63,851 nucleotides of DNA, filler included, from Candidatus Zhuqueibacterota bacterium (GCA_016783505.1; 4 parts of 4 records of this genome joined end to end with filler, not necessarily neighbours in it); one strand, 5' to 3'; shown: positions 47,696 to 57,826, counted from the first letter of the whole stretch. Program-made: numbers and translations. Notes: generated by a model not told the origin, from the letters alone.

Positions 47696-49006
47696 ATGAA
47701 AACAGTAATCGGAATTCGCCGGGAGGATAAGAACCGCTGGGAACGCCGGGTTCCCTTGATTCCCGAGCATGTGATCGAACTCCGGCGGGAGCATAATGTT
47801 GAAGTGATTATGCAACCCTCCGAAATCCGCATCTTTTCGAATGATGAATACAGGCAGGCGGGGGCCAGCGTTTCCGAGGACCTTTCCCCCTGCCCCATCG
47901 TATTCGCCGTTAAAGAAATCCCCATCCATTTCTTCGAGCCGGGGAAAACATACGTCTTTTTTTCCCACGTCATCAAGGGTCAACCCCATAACATGCCCAT
48001 GCTGAGGCAAATGCTGGATCTGAAATGCCAGTTGATTGATTATGAAAAAGTGGAAGATGGGAAGGGCAGACGTCTGATCTTCTTCGGGAGGCAGGCGGGT
48101 CTGGCCGGGATGATTGATTCCCTCTGGGCCCTGGGACAACGATTAAACTACGAGTGTATTGAGAATCCTTTCAGCGGAATTAGGCTGGCCCACCAATACG
48201 AAAGCCTTGCGGAGGCAAATGAAGAGATCGTTAGTGCTGGCGAAAAAATCTGTACTCAGGGCCTTCCTGAATCCTTGTCCCCCTTGATCTGCGGTTTTGC
48301 CGGGTACGGGCACGTTTCCCAGGGGGCCCAGGAGATCCTCAGTCTGTTGCCGGTTCAGGAAATAGACCCCGGGGAAGTTGAATCAGTCCTCAGGGGTCCA
48401 GATTACTCAAAGAATCTCATTTATAAAACTGTGTTTAAGGAAGAACATCTGGTTCAGCCCATCTCCCCTGGGGTTCGTTTTGAACTACAGGATTATTATG
48501 ACCACCCGGAGAAATACCGTTCACAGTTCGAGTCCTACCTTTCCAACCTGACCCTGCTTATAAACTGCATCTATTGGGACGAAAGATACCCCAGACTGGT
48601 GACGAAAGGATACTTGAAGCAATTGTATGCGGGCGGTGGAAGCCCCAGGCTGCGGGTGATCGGGGACATCAGTTGTGATGTGGAGGGGGCGGTGGAATGC
48701 ACGGTACGCTGCACCAACCCAGGAAGCCCAATCTTTGTCTATGACCCCTTCGAGGAGCGGGCAGCCGACGGCTGGGAGGGGATAGGCCCGGTGGTGTTGG
48801 CGGTGGACAACCTGCCCTGCGAACTGCCCAGGGAATCCTCCACCTATTTCAGCGGTGTACTTAAACAGTTCGTCCCCCCTATGGTGAAGGCCGACTTTTC
48901 GGGTGATTTTGACCAATGTAAGCTTCCATCAGCCATAAAAAACGCCGTTATTGTCTATCACGGGGAGCTCATATCCGACTACCGTTACCTTAAAAAGTTT
49001 CTATAA
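47696..49006 (+). CDS. Lysine-ketoglutarate reductase (LKR)-like saccharopine dehydrogenase
   Basis: IRREDKNRWERRVPL, FFSHVIKGQ, LIDYE, NCIYW, IGDISCD, VDNLPCELPRESS. Confidence 0.9.
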   Translation: MKTVIGIRREDKNRWERRVPLIPEHVIELRREHNVEVIMQPSEIRIFSNDEYRQAGASVSEDLSPCPIVFAVKEIPIHFFEPGKTYVFFSHVIKGQPHNMPMLRQMLDLKCQLIDYEKVEDGKGRRLIFFGRQAGLAGMIDSLWALGQRLNYECIENPFSGIRLAHQYESLAEANEEIVSAGEKICTQGLPESLSPLICGFAGYGHVSQGAQEILSLLPVQEIDPGEVESVLRGPDYSKNLIYKTVFKEEHLVQPISPGVRFELQDYYDHPEKYRSQFESYLSNLTLLINCIYWDERYPRLVTKGYLKQLYAGGGSPRLRVIGDISCDVEGAVECTVRCTNPGSPIFVYDPFEERAADGWEGIGPVVLAVDNLPCELPRESSTYFSGVLKQFVPPMVKADFSGDFDQCKLPSAIKNAVIVYHGELISDYRYLKKFL

Positions 49007-49129
49007 TCTCGGTAGATCAGCAGCATTTCTACTAAGAAACTACCAGAGAGCAGAGGGGCGGAGGGGCAAGGGGGGAGGGGACAACTGTGATGTGTTTTCA
49101 AAAGGGATATTTGAAAGGAGGTCTAACAG

Positions 49130-50461
49130 ATGAAAAATGTACTGGTCTTAGGTGCTGGTCTAGTAGCCAAACCGCTGGTTCGATACCTGCTGGACCAACC
49201 TGATTTTCACGTGAAAGTTGCCAGTCGCACCGTGAGCAAGGCAGAAAAACTCGTCGGTGATCACCCCAGGGGTGAGGCCCAGGCCTGGAATGTCAACGAT
49301 ACCGCAGAACTGGAGAATCTTATCCAACAGGCTGATCTAGCAATCAGTCTGCTGCCGTTTATTCATCATACCACCGTAGCAGAGTTGTGCATCAGGTTTC
49401 AGAAGCCCATGGTGACCACCTCTTACGTCAGCGATGCCATGAGAAAGTTGGATGAGCGGGCGAAAGGAGCAAGTGTACTCATCTTGAATGAAATTGGCAT
49501 TGACCCGGGTATTGATCACATGTCCGCTATGAAGATCATCCACCGGGTTCAGAATGAGGGGGGAGAGATCACCAGTTTCTACTCCTATTGTGGCGGTCTT
49601 CCCGCCCCTGAAGCGAACACCAATCCCTTTGGGTACAAATTCTCATGGAGCCCGAGGGGGGTTGTGCTCGCTGGAAAGAATTCCGGACGATACCTCAAGG
49701 ATGGAAAGGAAGTATTCATCCCCGGGAAAGAGCTTTTCAGCCATTATTGGACGATAACCATCGAAGGATTGGGTGATTTCGAGGCCTATACGAACAGGGA
49801 TTCCCTCCCTTACATTGAGACCTATGGGATTGACACGGTCAAATCAATGTACCGGGGAACGTTGCGGAATCTGGGGTGGTGCGATACCTGGAAGAAGATG
49901 GTGGATCTGGGGCTGCTGGATGAGCAGGAAAGGGATGACCTTCAGGGGCTTTCGTTCAGGGATTTTATCAGAACCTTCATTAAGGGTGAAGCTGGAGGCG
50001 ATTTAAAAAAAGAGATAGCTACCTATCTGAAGATAGATGAAAATTCAGAAGTGATAAAGAGATTTGAATGGCTTGGTTTATTAAGCGAAGACCCCTTACC
50101 GCTTGAGAAAGGCTCCCCTTTGGATGTCCTGGCGGCTCGTCTATTAGATAAGCTCAGATACGAAGAAGGTGAAAAGGATATGATCATCTTGCATCACGAG
50201 TTCATCGCAGAATATCCGGGGCGGCGAAAGGAAAAAATCACCTCTACCCTGATAGATTTTGGGATACCGGGCGGGGATTCATCCATGTCACGGACGGTGG
50301 GTCTGCCGGCGGCGATCGGGGCCAAGTTGATTCTGCAGGGAAAGATTAAAGCCACCGGCGTTCACATCCCGGTGAATCCAGACATTTACGAGCTAGTTCT
50401 GAAAGAATTGGAAAGGGAAGGGATAACTTTTAAGGAAAAAAGCGAAAGTCTCAATATTTAG
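49130..50461 (+). CDS. Saccharopine dehydrogenase (glutamate-forming, SDH)
   Basis: LGAGLV, TTSYVS, NEIGIDPGIDHM, SYCGGLP, YKFSWSPRG, RGTLR, MSRTVG. Confidence 0.93.
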   Translation: MKNVLVLGAGLVAKPLVRYLLDQPDFHVKVASRTVSKAEKLVGDHPRGEAQAWNVNDTAELENLIQQADLAISLLPFIHHTTVAELCIRFQKPMVTTSYVSDAMRKLDERAKGASVLILNEIGIDPGIDHMSAMKIIHRVQNEGGEITSFYSYCGGLPAPEANTNPFGYKFSWSPRGVVLAGKNSGRYLKDGKEVFIPGKELFSHYWTITIEGLGDFEAYTNRDSLPYIETYGIDTVKSMYRGTLRNLGWCDTWKKMVDLGLLDEQERDDLQGLSFRDFIRTFIKGEAGGDLKKEIATYLKIDENSEVIKRFEWLGLLSEDPLPLEKGSPLDVLAARLLDKLRYEEGEKDMIILHHEFIAEYPGRRKEKITSTLIDFGIPGGDSSMSRTVGLPAAIGAKLILQGKIKATGVHIPVNPDIYELVLKELEREGITFKEKSESLNI

Positions 50462-50520
50462 AAAGTTTAATATAACCAATATATTATATTGAATTAAATG
50501 AAGTAAACAAGTTATTGAAT

Positions 50521-50809
50521 GATTTTATACGGCCTAAATGCCGTGTTATAACAAGGTAATTGGGCAGTCTATTATAAGTTAGCCCTTTGTTTTATATGAT
50601 TGTGAATTACGACATCCTCAATATCTCTTTTGGGTTTATACGGCATTTCAAGACGTATAAACCTGGGAAGGTCTTAATTTTTTTTGTTGTAACTATTTGT
50701 GTTACAATCAATTAATTGCTTGTTCTTGTTAATATTTACGTTGGTTTATACGACCATATTTGAAGCATTTGCAATTTTTTTTAGGTCGTATAAACCTAGG
50801 TTAGCTGGC
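50521..50809 (+). other. attI-like integron site region
   Basis: GTATAAA-CCTAG-GTTAGCT (L box, 5 bp, R box; 50788-50806), preceded by repeated TTTATACG/CGTATAAA motifs near 50524, 50634, 50654, 50745. Confidence 0.6.
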
Positions 50810-50847
50810 TAAATTGTTTTACTTTTAAGTTGAAAGGAGCAATTATC

Positions 50848-52089
50848 ATGAAAACAAACATGATTCGTTCATTTCTTGTTATCATTATTTGCACTCTTTC
50901 AATTAATATTTGTTGGTCCCAAGAAATCAAAAATCATAAATCTTCTGCTAAACGCGTAGAAATTTTAAATACAGAGGTTAGAGAAATCATTTCATCAAAA
51001 ACGAATAGACAATATTTTGCCTATGTATATTTACCGCAGGATTATTATGAATCAGATAAAAAATATCCGGTCCTTTATTTAACCGACGCAGAAGCATTTA
51101 GTTTTGGTATGTATACAAGTATTTTTCTTTGTCTTCGCCTTGATGATGAGATTCGTGAGCTCATTCTGGTGGGCATTGCAAATGGTGGAGATTTATATGA
51201 GCATTTCTTAAGGCGGAGAAGAGATTACACACCAACAAAAGTGGAAGATTATCCCGGGTCCGGTGAAGCTGCAGAACATCTACGCTTTTTAAAAGAAAAT
51301 CTTATTCCTTTTATTGATAGAGAATATAGAACTTATCCTTCAAATCGAGGAATATGGGGATCGAGTTATGGTGGTCTTTTCGCAATATATGCAATGCTAA
51401 ATAGTCCAGAAACATTTCAAAACTATATTATTGCTAGTCCTTCATTATGGTGGGATAAACGTAAGATGTTAGACGATACAAAAACATTTGTTGAAGGAGA
51501 ACAAGCCCTAACTGGTTACATATATACCGCTTTAGGAGAAGAAGAAACTAAAAGGATGTTTGATGGTTGGGAACAGTTCAATGAATTACTTGAAAAACGA
51601 AGCTATAAAGAATTAAACCTTAAGAGTGAATTGCTTCAAAATGAAACTCATGTATCTATGATACCTTCAGCATTTACACGAGGACTTAAAGCCCTTTATG
51701 GCAAAATATCTGTTGTACTACTACTTGAAACTCTAATCAAAGAAAAAGATGTAGATGCCGCTATAAAATATTTTTATAAATTAAAACAAACAGATCCGGA
51801 GGCATATGATTTCCGTGAGGAAACAATAAATGCACACGGATACAAAATATTAAGAGCAGGTGAAGTTAAAGAGGCTATAAGTATTTTTAAACTAAATGCG
51901 GAATTATATCCGGAATCACCCAATGTCTACGATAGCCTTGGTGATGCATATGAAAAAAACAATGAACTCGAAAATGCGCGCAAGTATTATGAAAAGGCCT
52001 ATAAAAAGGCAGTTGCCTCTTCAGCCACAGGGATAGAAAACTTTAAAGACAATTTGGATAGAGTATTAAAAATATTAAAAACTAAGTAG
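50848..52089 (+). CDS. Exported alpha/beta hydrolase (IroE/BesA-like esterase) with C-terminal TPR; integron gene cassette
   Basis: Signal peptide, YPVLYLTD, RRRDYTP, GSSYGG, SPSLWW, YPESPNVYDSLGDAY; AT-rich. Confidence 0.88.
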   Translation: MKTNMIRSFLVIIICTLSINICWSQEIKNHKSSAKRVEILNTEVREIISSKTNRQYFAYVYLPQDYYESDKKYPVLYLTDAEAFSFGMYTSIFLCLRLDDEIRELILVGIANGGDLYEHFLRRRRDYTPTKVEDYPGSGEAAEHLRFLKENLIPFIDREYRTYPSNRGIWGSSYGGLFAIYAMLNSPETFQNYIIASPSLWWDKRKMLDDTKTFVEGEQALTGYIYTALGEEETKRMFDGWEQFNELLEKRSYKELNLKSELLQNETHVSMIPSAFTRGLKALYGKISVVLLLETLIKEKDVDAAIKYFYKLKQTDPEAYDFREETINAHGYKILRAGEVKEAISIFKLNAELYPESPNVYDSLGDAYEKNNELENARKYYEKAYKKAVASSATGIENFKDNLDRVLKILKTK

Positions 52090-52140
52090 TTTTAGATGAT
52101 TTTATGTCATTGAGTTAATTACAATCTTAAGTAATATGCC

Positions 52141-52232
52141 AGCTAACACGCGCTTCAACTCGGACGGCTACAGCTGTGGCATGCGTAATAGTCTTGTCAA
52201 GGCTCGCCGCCGATTAAGCGCCATCGTTAGGC
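52141..52232 (+). other. attC integron recombination site
   Basis: AGCTAAC-ac-GCGCTTcAAcTCGGaCGGC...GCCGCCGATTAAGCGC-catc-GTTAGGC with extrahelical bases; GCCAGCTAAC (52138) is complementary to GTTAGCTGGC (50800). Confidence 0.88.
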
Positions 52233-52444
52233 GTTTGGCTCAGACATATTTTGAAGAAAGAGAATAGTGATGTAACTATTCTGACTAAGGGATACTTGTG
52301 AAAGATCTGCTGGAAAGCCGAGTTCTTGGAAATTGGCATGCTCGATTCAAAGAGAAGCATATTTAAAAGTGTCGCAAAAGTGTTGCAATTTTGGTCATTA
52401 TTAAGTATTATTAAGTATCGCTAATTAGCTACAAATTTATACCT

Positions 52445-52541
52445 GGGAGCGGATGCAAGGCTGGTGCTGGCCGCGGTCTTCAAAACCGTTGTTTCCCGAT
52501 GTGAAGTCGGGAAGGGTGGGTTCGATTCCCACACGCTCCCG
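52445..52541 (+). tRNA. selC: tRNA-Sec (anticodon TCA)
   Basis: Acceptor GGGAGCG/CGCTCCC, anticodon arm GCGGT-CTTCAAA-ACCGT, long variable arm TTCCCGAT/GTCGGGAA, T arm GTGGG-TTCGATT-CCCAC; CCA is not encoded (GCTA). Confidence 0.92.
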
Positions 52542-52663
52542 CTAAATCTCTTCAATATGGGATAGGAATCAATTCCTATCCCGAAACTTCGGGATGGTAA
52601 TTGATTGCCATCGGTCTTATTTATTGACAATGGGTTATATTTAGAAAAATTGACAGGATTATC

Positions 52664-52832
52664 ATGGCTAAAAAAAGCGAGACCGGATTTTTTCGTTTCA
52701 CCGAAAACGAGCGGATCAACCGGCTGTTGAACCAGGTGGTATCCGATGTGAAGGGATTTACCGAAACTCAATTGGGACACATCAGGAGGCTGACCCAGAT
52801 CGGCACGGCGCTGTCGGCGGAGAAGAACCTGG
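52664..52832 (+). CDS. GAF-domain (probable HD-GYP) protein, N-terminal fragment cut by contig end
   Basis: HIRRLTQIGTALSAEKNL is typical of the entry into such GAF domains. Confidence 0.6.
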
Positions 52833-52932
52833 NNNNNNNNNNNNNNNNNNNNNNNNNNNNNNNNNNNNNNNNNNNNTTAATTAATTAANNNNNNNNNNNN
52901 NNNNNNNNNNNNNNNNNNNNNNNNNNNNNNNN
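52833..52932. other. Artificial contig linker
   Basis: N/TTAATTAATTAA/N spacer. Confidence 0.99.
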
Positions 52933-53582
52933 CGGTTGATCAAATCCTTGGCTTCATCCTTGAAGAGGCCGGTGGGCTCCCCGGTTTCAGGGTCCCGCAC
53001 GATCTCACCCCCAGGGGGATCGGGGGTATCTCCGGTCACCCGGGCTAACCCCATGGCCAGCGAATTGGCTAGGGCCACATGACCGTCTAACCGATCCACG
53101 AACACCGGATGGTGCGGACACACGGCATCTACAATTTCCTTGGTGGGAAGGCGATGACTGGGCCAGGCCTCATGGTCCCAGTTCCCGCCGGTAATCCACG
53201 CCCCTTGGGGCAGCCCCCGGGCGTATTCCCCGATAATCCTGGTAAAATCATCCTCGTCCCTGGCCCGCCTGAGGTTAATCCCCAACAGGGAAAATCCCCC
53301 TTCGGCGAAGTGGAGATGGGCGTCGTTGAACCCGGGCATCACAAATGCCCCTTTCAGATCAATAACCCGCGTTTCCCCGTCAAACATTTTCTTAATCTGT
53401 TTATTAGACCCCACCGCCACGATGCGGTCCCCCTTGATAGCCAGGGCCTCGGCCCGAGGCTGGTTAGGGTCTACCGTCCAGATTACACCATTGAATAGGG
53501 CTAGATCTGGATTTAACGGTGGTTTTCCGCCACATCCACCCAATACGCACGCGAAGATAAACATGATAAGTCCTCTGAACAT
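52933..53582 (-). CDS. Amidohydrolase (YtcJ family) lipoprotein, 5' part of the gene continuing at 27784
   Basis: Lipobox LGGC, PGFNDAHLH, RLDGH; 52933-53071 is the exact reverse complement of 27784-27922. Confidence 0.92.
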
Positions 53583-53667
53583 ATTAAGCTCTCTTATCGG
53601 TCTGTAGATTCTGGACCCCACTATGAAATTTGCCAGAGGTTAACATGGTGGATTCTTATAATCCTAA

Positions 53668-53956
53668 ACTAAACTTTGGCTAAAATGGTTTTTAGTATAA
53701 ATGATAAACCGTTAAAACGGTTATAAATGACGTTTTGAGCTTCAGTTAACCCCCAGTTGAAACTGGGGGTTATTTATTAATCAGTAGAACGTTGGTCAGG
53801 AGCCTGACAGATCAGTTAGGTGCTTGACTAACTTTATCGATTTAAACACGATAGCCCCCGAATTTATTCGGGGGGTAACAATTTCGTCCTAACAATTGAA
53901 CTAACCGATTCATCGGTTTTCTTTACTGCACATTATAAAATTTGCCAAAGCTCGAA
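53668..53956. mobile_element. Second, inverted copy of the MITE at 8542
   Basis: ACTAAACTTTGGCTAAAATGGTTTTTAG...CTGCACATTATAAAATTTGCCAAAG; internal AACCCCCAGTT-gaa-ACTGGGGGTT hairpin. Confidence 0.78.
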
Positions 53957-53964
53957 TACTAAAT

Positions 53965-55650
53965 TCAAATTCCCCGCCGTAGAATTTTGCCCGGCAGGCG
54001 GCAGGTGTGCTTACCCTGGTCCACCACCACCTGCCCATTCACGATGACATAATCCATGCCAACCGGGTACTGCTGGGGGTTGGTAAAGGTGGCCCTGTCG
54101 CTGACCATTCCCGCATCAAAGATGACCAAGTCGGCTACCTTTCCCACCGCGATCTGACCCCGATCCTTGAACCCAAACTTCTGGGCCGGAAGGGATGTCA
54201 TCTTCCGCACTGCTTCGGGTAAGGTCATCACCTTTTGCTCGCGAACGTAATATCCTAATATGCGGGGAAAGGTCCCATAATTTCGGGGATGGGGATGTCC
54301 CCGGCCCAAGGGACCGTAAGGGGCCAGGGCTACCCCATCGGACCCTACCATGGTATAAGGAAAAGCCAGGACCTTGGCGGTGTTTTCCTCGGACATAGCA
54401 AACCCGCACATTGAGACCTCGCCCTTTTCGGCAATCAGCAACTGACGGACAAATTCAAAGGGATCAGATCCCGTTTGGCTTGTGATCTGAGCCACCGTCC
54501 GACCCTGATACTTCTTATTCTCTTCGGAAAGCACCCAGGAGATCAAAACGGCATCCCAGGAACCCAGGTTTTCAATTTTATCCTGGACATACTTCCTGAT
54601 TCTGGGAAGTTGACTTTGATCTTTAAGCCTTTCCAAAAAACTATCTGTTCCCCCTTCCCGGGCCCAGAGGGGAAACAGGGCCGCCAGGGTAGTGTTATAG
54701 GCCACATAGGGATAACGGTCGGCGTGGACATCTATTCCCTCTCCCCTGGCTCTTTCAATGGTTTCCAACACCCTATCAATTTTATGCCAGTTTCTCCGCT
54801 GACAGGCTTTGAGGTGTGAGATCTGCACTGGAACCCCGGCTTCCTTCCCGATCTTTAGGGCCTCAGCCACCGCCTCCTCCAGCCGAACATCCTCGCTGCG
54901 AATATGGGAAGCATACAGGCCGCCATATTGGGCCAGGGTTCTGCATAGATCAATTAACTCTTCGGTGGTAAAGAAGCTACCCGGCGTATATTCAAGCCCG
55001 GTGGAAAGCCCCAGGGCTCCCTGTTCCAGGGCCTTTGTCAGTTCTCCCTTCATCTTCACCATTTCATCGTCCGTCGCCGGCCGATCCACTTCCCCCATGA
55101 CGACCTGACGGATGGTCCCGGCTCCCACCAAAGTGGCATAATTCAGGGCCATGCCCGATCTTTCCAGCCGGCGGAAAAAGCCATTCAAGTCCGACCAATC
55201 AGCCTCAATTTGATATTTGTCCTTAAGATGCCCTCGGATTTTATCCCCCTCCACTCCGAACAGGGGAAAGGGGCTGTAACCGCAGTTACCGCTGATCTCA
55301 GTGGTTACTCCCTGCCGGATTTTGCTCTCGGCCTTAGGGTTGACCAGAAGGTGAACATCGGTATGGGTGTGAACGTCAATGAAACCCGGTGTCACCGTCA
55401 AACCGTCAGCATCTATAACCCGTGGGGCGGTCTTCCCGGAAAGATTCCCGACGGCGGCGATTTTATCCCCCCTTATCCCCACATCCCCAGAGAAAGGTTT
55501 TCCACCCGTTCCATCTACGATAAGGCCATTTTTAATAATCAGATCAAAATCAGTGCGGCTGCAGTTCGGACAGAAAAGAGTAAGAACCCCCATCCAACCC
55601 GCAAGCAGAACAAATCCCGCCCCCTTTTTCAAAAAATTCCTCCAGTTCAT
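53965..55650 (-). CDS. N-acyl-D-amino acid deacylase (D-aminoacylase)
   Basis: PGFIDVHTH, QGVTTEISGNCG, STGLEYTPG, SHIR, ISHLK, GSDG, HPRNYGTFPR; signal-like N-terminus. Confidence 0.92.
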   Translation of the reverse strand: MNWRNFLKKGAGFVLLAGWMGVLTLFCPNCSRTDFDLIIKNGLIVDGTGGKPFSGDVGIRGDKIAAVGNLSGKTAPRVIDADGLTVTPGFIDVHTHTDVHLLVNPKAESKIRQGVTTEISGNCGYSPFPLFGVEGDKIRGHLKDKYQIEADWSDLNGFFRRLERSGMALNYATLVGAGTIRQVVMGEVDRPATDDEMVKMKGELTKALEQGALGLSTGLEYTPGSFFTTEELIDLCRTLAQYGGLYASHIRSEDVRLEEAVAEALKIGKEAGVPVQISHLKACQRRNWHKIDRVLETIERARGEGIDVHADRYPYVAYNTTLAALFPLWAREGGTDSFLERLKDQSQLPRIRKYVQDKIENLGSWDAVLISWVLSEENKKYQGRTVAQITSQTGSDPFEFVRQLLIAEKGEVSMCGFAMSEENTAKVLAFPYTMVGSDGVALAPYGPLGRGHPHPRNYGTFPRILGYYVREQKVMTLPEAVRKMTSLPAQKFGFKDRGQIAVGKVADLVIFDAGMVSDRATFTNPQQYPVGMDYVIVNGQVVVDQGKHTCRLPGKILRRGI

Positions 55651-55795
55651 TCTTTACTCCTAAGAATTTGAGACTCCAGATATGTAACTCCAATAATTAC
55701 AATATTGATATTAGCAGCCTGTATTTTGCTTCACTAGTTATTCGGAGTTTTTCGACAGTCTCTACTGTTATATGCTGTTTCGCCTGTCTTTTGAC

Positions 55796-57703
55796 TTAAT
55801 TTTGTTGTATCCTCTTCTTTCTCAGCTCTTCGATTATATTAATTTTATTTAATGTCATTTCTATTTGTGACTGAGCACCTATCCGTTCAAATATCTCTAA
55901 TGCATCTTTGTGATACTTTAATGCCTCATTATACCTACCTAATATTTTGTATACAGTACCAATGTTGCCCAGACCACTTGCTATACCTTGTTCATATCCA
56001 ATCTTTCTATGAATATCTAATGCTTCTTTGAAGTACTTTAATGCCACCTCAAGCTTACCCAAGTCTCCGTAAATAATACCTATGTTTCTAAGCTGAATTG
56101 CTATGCCCTTCTTATATCCCATCTTTACGTAAATCTCCAGCGCTTCCTCGTAATACCTTAATGCCTTGTCAGTCTTTCCAAAGTCTTTATATATTATACC
56201 CACGTTTCCAAGAGCATTTGCTATGCCTTCCTCATATCCAATCTTTCTGTGAATCTTCAATGCTTTTTTGTGATACTTTAATGCGTTATTAGGCTTACCT
56301 AAGTTTCTGTATATATCACCTATGTTTCCAAGAGCTGTTGCTATACCTTTTTCATGTCCAATCTTTCTGTGAATCTCTAATGCTTCTTCGTTATACTTTA
56401 ATGCCTTATCAGGATCACCCAAGACATTGTATATAAGACCTATATTGATGAGATCACTCGCAATACCTTGTTCATATCCAATCCTTCTATGAATCTTTAA
56501 GGCTTCTTCATGATACTTTAATGCTTTTTTAGACTTACCTAAGTCATCATATATAATACCCATGTTGCCAAGTTGAAGTGCTATGCCTTGTTCATATCCA
56601 ATCTTTCTGTGAATCTTTAATGCTTCCTCACGATATTTTAATGTCTCATCTAACTTTCCAAATTTTTTGTATATTAGACTTATATGGCCAAGAGCTGTTG
56701 CAATGCCTTGTTCATGTTCAATCTCTCGGTAAATCTCTAATGCTTCCTTGTGATATTTTAATGCCGCATCAGGTTGACCTGAGTCTTCGTATATAAGACC
56801 TATGTTGTTAAGTTGACTTGCTATTCTTAGTTTATATTTGCTCTTTCTATAAATCTCTAATGCTTCTTCGTAATACTTTCGTGCGCTATCTGGTTTACCT
56901 AAATCACTATATATAACACCTATATTGCTAAAAGCATCTGCAATGCCTCGTTCATCGCCAATCTTTTTATCTATCTCTAATGCTTCCTCTTGATACTTTA
57001 GTGCATCATAAGGCTTACCTAAGTTTCTATATATATTACCTATATTGATCAGATCACTTGCAATGCCCTGTTCATATTCAATCTTTCTGTAAATCCTTAA
57101 TGCTTTTTCGTAATACTTTAATGCCTTACCAAGCTTACCTAAATCACTAAATATAATACCCACGTTGCCAATAGCAACTGCTTTTCCCTTTAATCTTTCA
57201 CCTTTGTGTTTTACTCTTTTAGTTATGTCCAATGCTTCTTTATAATGCTTTTCTGCCTTTTTTAATTTAGATAAAATATAATAGCAATTGCCTATGAGGA
57301 TATTAGCAGCAACTTTATTCTCTTCTGTAGCATTTGGATGAGATAGACATTTTTTAAATTCTTCAATTGCTTCATTAAATTTATATTCCTTTTCATATTC
57401 TATCCCTTGGTTAAAAAAATGTTTTAATAAGGGATTTTCGCCAAGACCATTTATATAAGGTATTGGAAGACCTCTATCATGCAGTTCCTGCCTCTCTAAT
57501 AAATGCTGATAATAACCTATGGTCTTAAATTGCATCTTTTTTTCTTTATATTCTTTTATTGATAAGATCACACCACATACACATATTATTATACAGATAG
57601 TCCATGATGCTATTTTTATTTTTCTTGGTATATTTGTTGTAGATAAATATATTGCAAGAAGAAACGGGCCCACTATTAAGACAATATTTAACCACAAATC
57701 CAT
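55796..57703 (-). CDS. Membrane-anchored TPR protein with about 12 tandem 40-aa repeats; cassette-like
   Basis: Two TM helices, repeats of GIA..LGNIG.IY..LGK...ALKY.EEAL.I.RKIG; AT-rich; bounded by GTTATAGGC and GCATATAAC on the minus strand. Confidence 0.92.
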   Translation of the reverse strand: MDLWLNIVLIVGPFLLAIYLSTTNIPRKIKIASWTICIIICVCGVILSIKEYKEKKMQFKTIGYYQHLLERQELHDRGLPIPYINGLGENPLLKHFFNQGIEYEKEYKFNEAIEEFKKCLSHPNATEENKVAANILIGNCYYILSKLKKAEKHYKEALDITKRVKHKGERLKGKAVAIGNVGIIFSDLGKLGKALKYYEKALRIYRKIEYEQGIASDLINIGNIYRNLGKPYDALKYQEEALEIDKKIGDERGIADAFSNIGVIYSDLGKPDSARKYYEEALEIYRKSKYKLRIASQLNNIGLIYEDSGQPDAALKYHKEALEIYREIEHEQGIATALGHISLIYKKFGKLDETLKYREEALKIHRKIGYEQGIALQLGNMGIIYDDLGKSKKALKYHEEALKIHRRIGYEQGIASDLINIGLIYNVLGDPDKALKYNEEALEIHRKIGHEKGIATALGNIGDIYRNLGKPNNALKYHKKALKIHRKIGYEEGIANALGNVGIIYKDFGKTDKALRYYEEALEIYVKMGYKKGIAIQLRNIGIIYGDLGKLEVALKYFKEALDIHRKIGYEQGIASGLGNIGTVYKILGRYNEALKYHKDALEIFERIGAQSQIEMTLNKINIIEELRKKRIQQN

Positions 57704-57826
57704 TTTTATTTGCCTACCTTAAGTGATTTATTAGAATAAAGTTAAATGGCCTATAACTTTGGTATATACCTAATATTTCGTATTTTAAAAATTTAATTGT
57801 ATATATACAAAATTCGCATATCCTTA

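Noticed and set aside
52365-52444. GTGTCGCAAAAGTGTTGCAA and a 10-bp tandem duplication as the attachment arm of an island at selC
   Set aside because: Lies on the tRNA 5' side, and no duplicated tRNA fragment was found in the window.
52933-53071. Inverted 139-bp repeat as a real genomic duplication
   Set aside because: Both copies sit exactly at contig ends and are identical; best explained as assembly overlap.
55796-57250. 120-bp tandem repeats as a CRISPR array or DGR target
   Set aside because: They are in-frame TPR coding repeats with no repeat-spacer structure; no cas or reverse transcriptase gene in the window.
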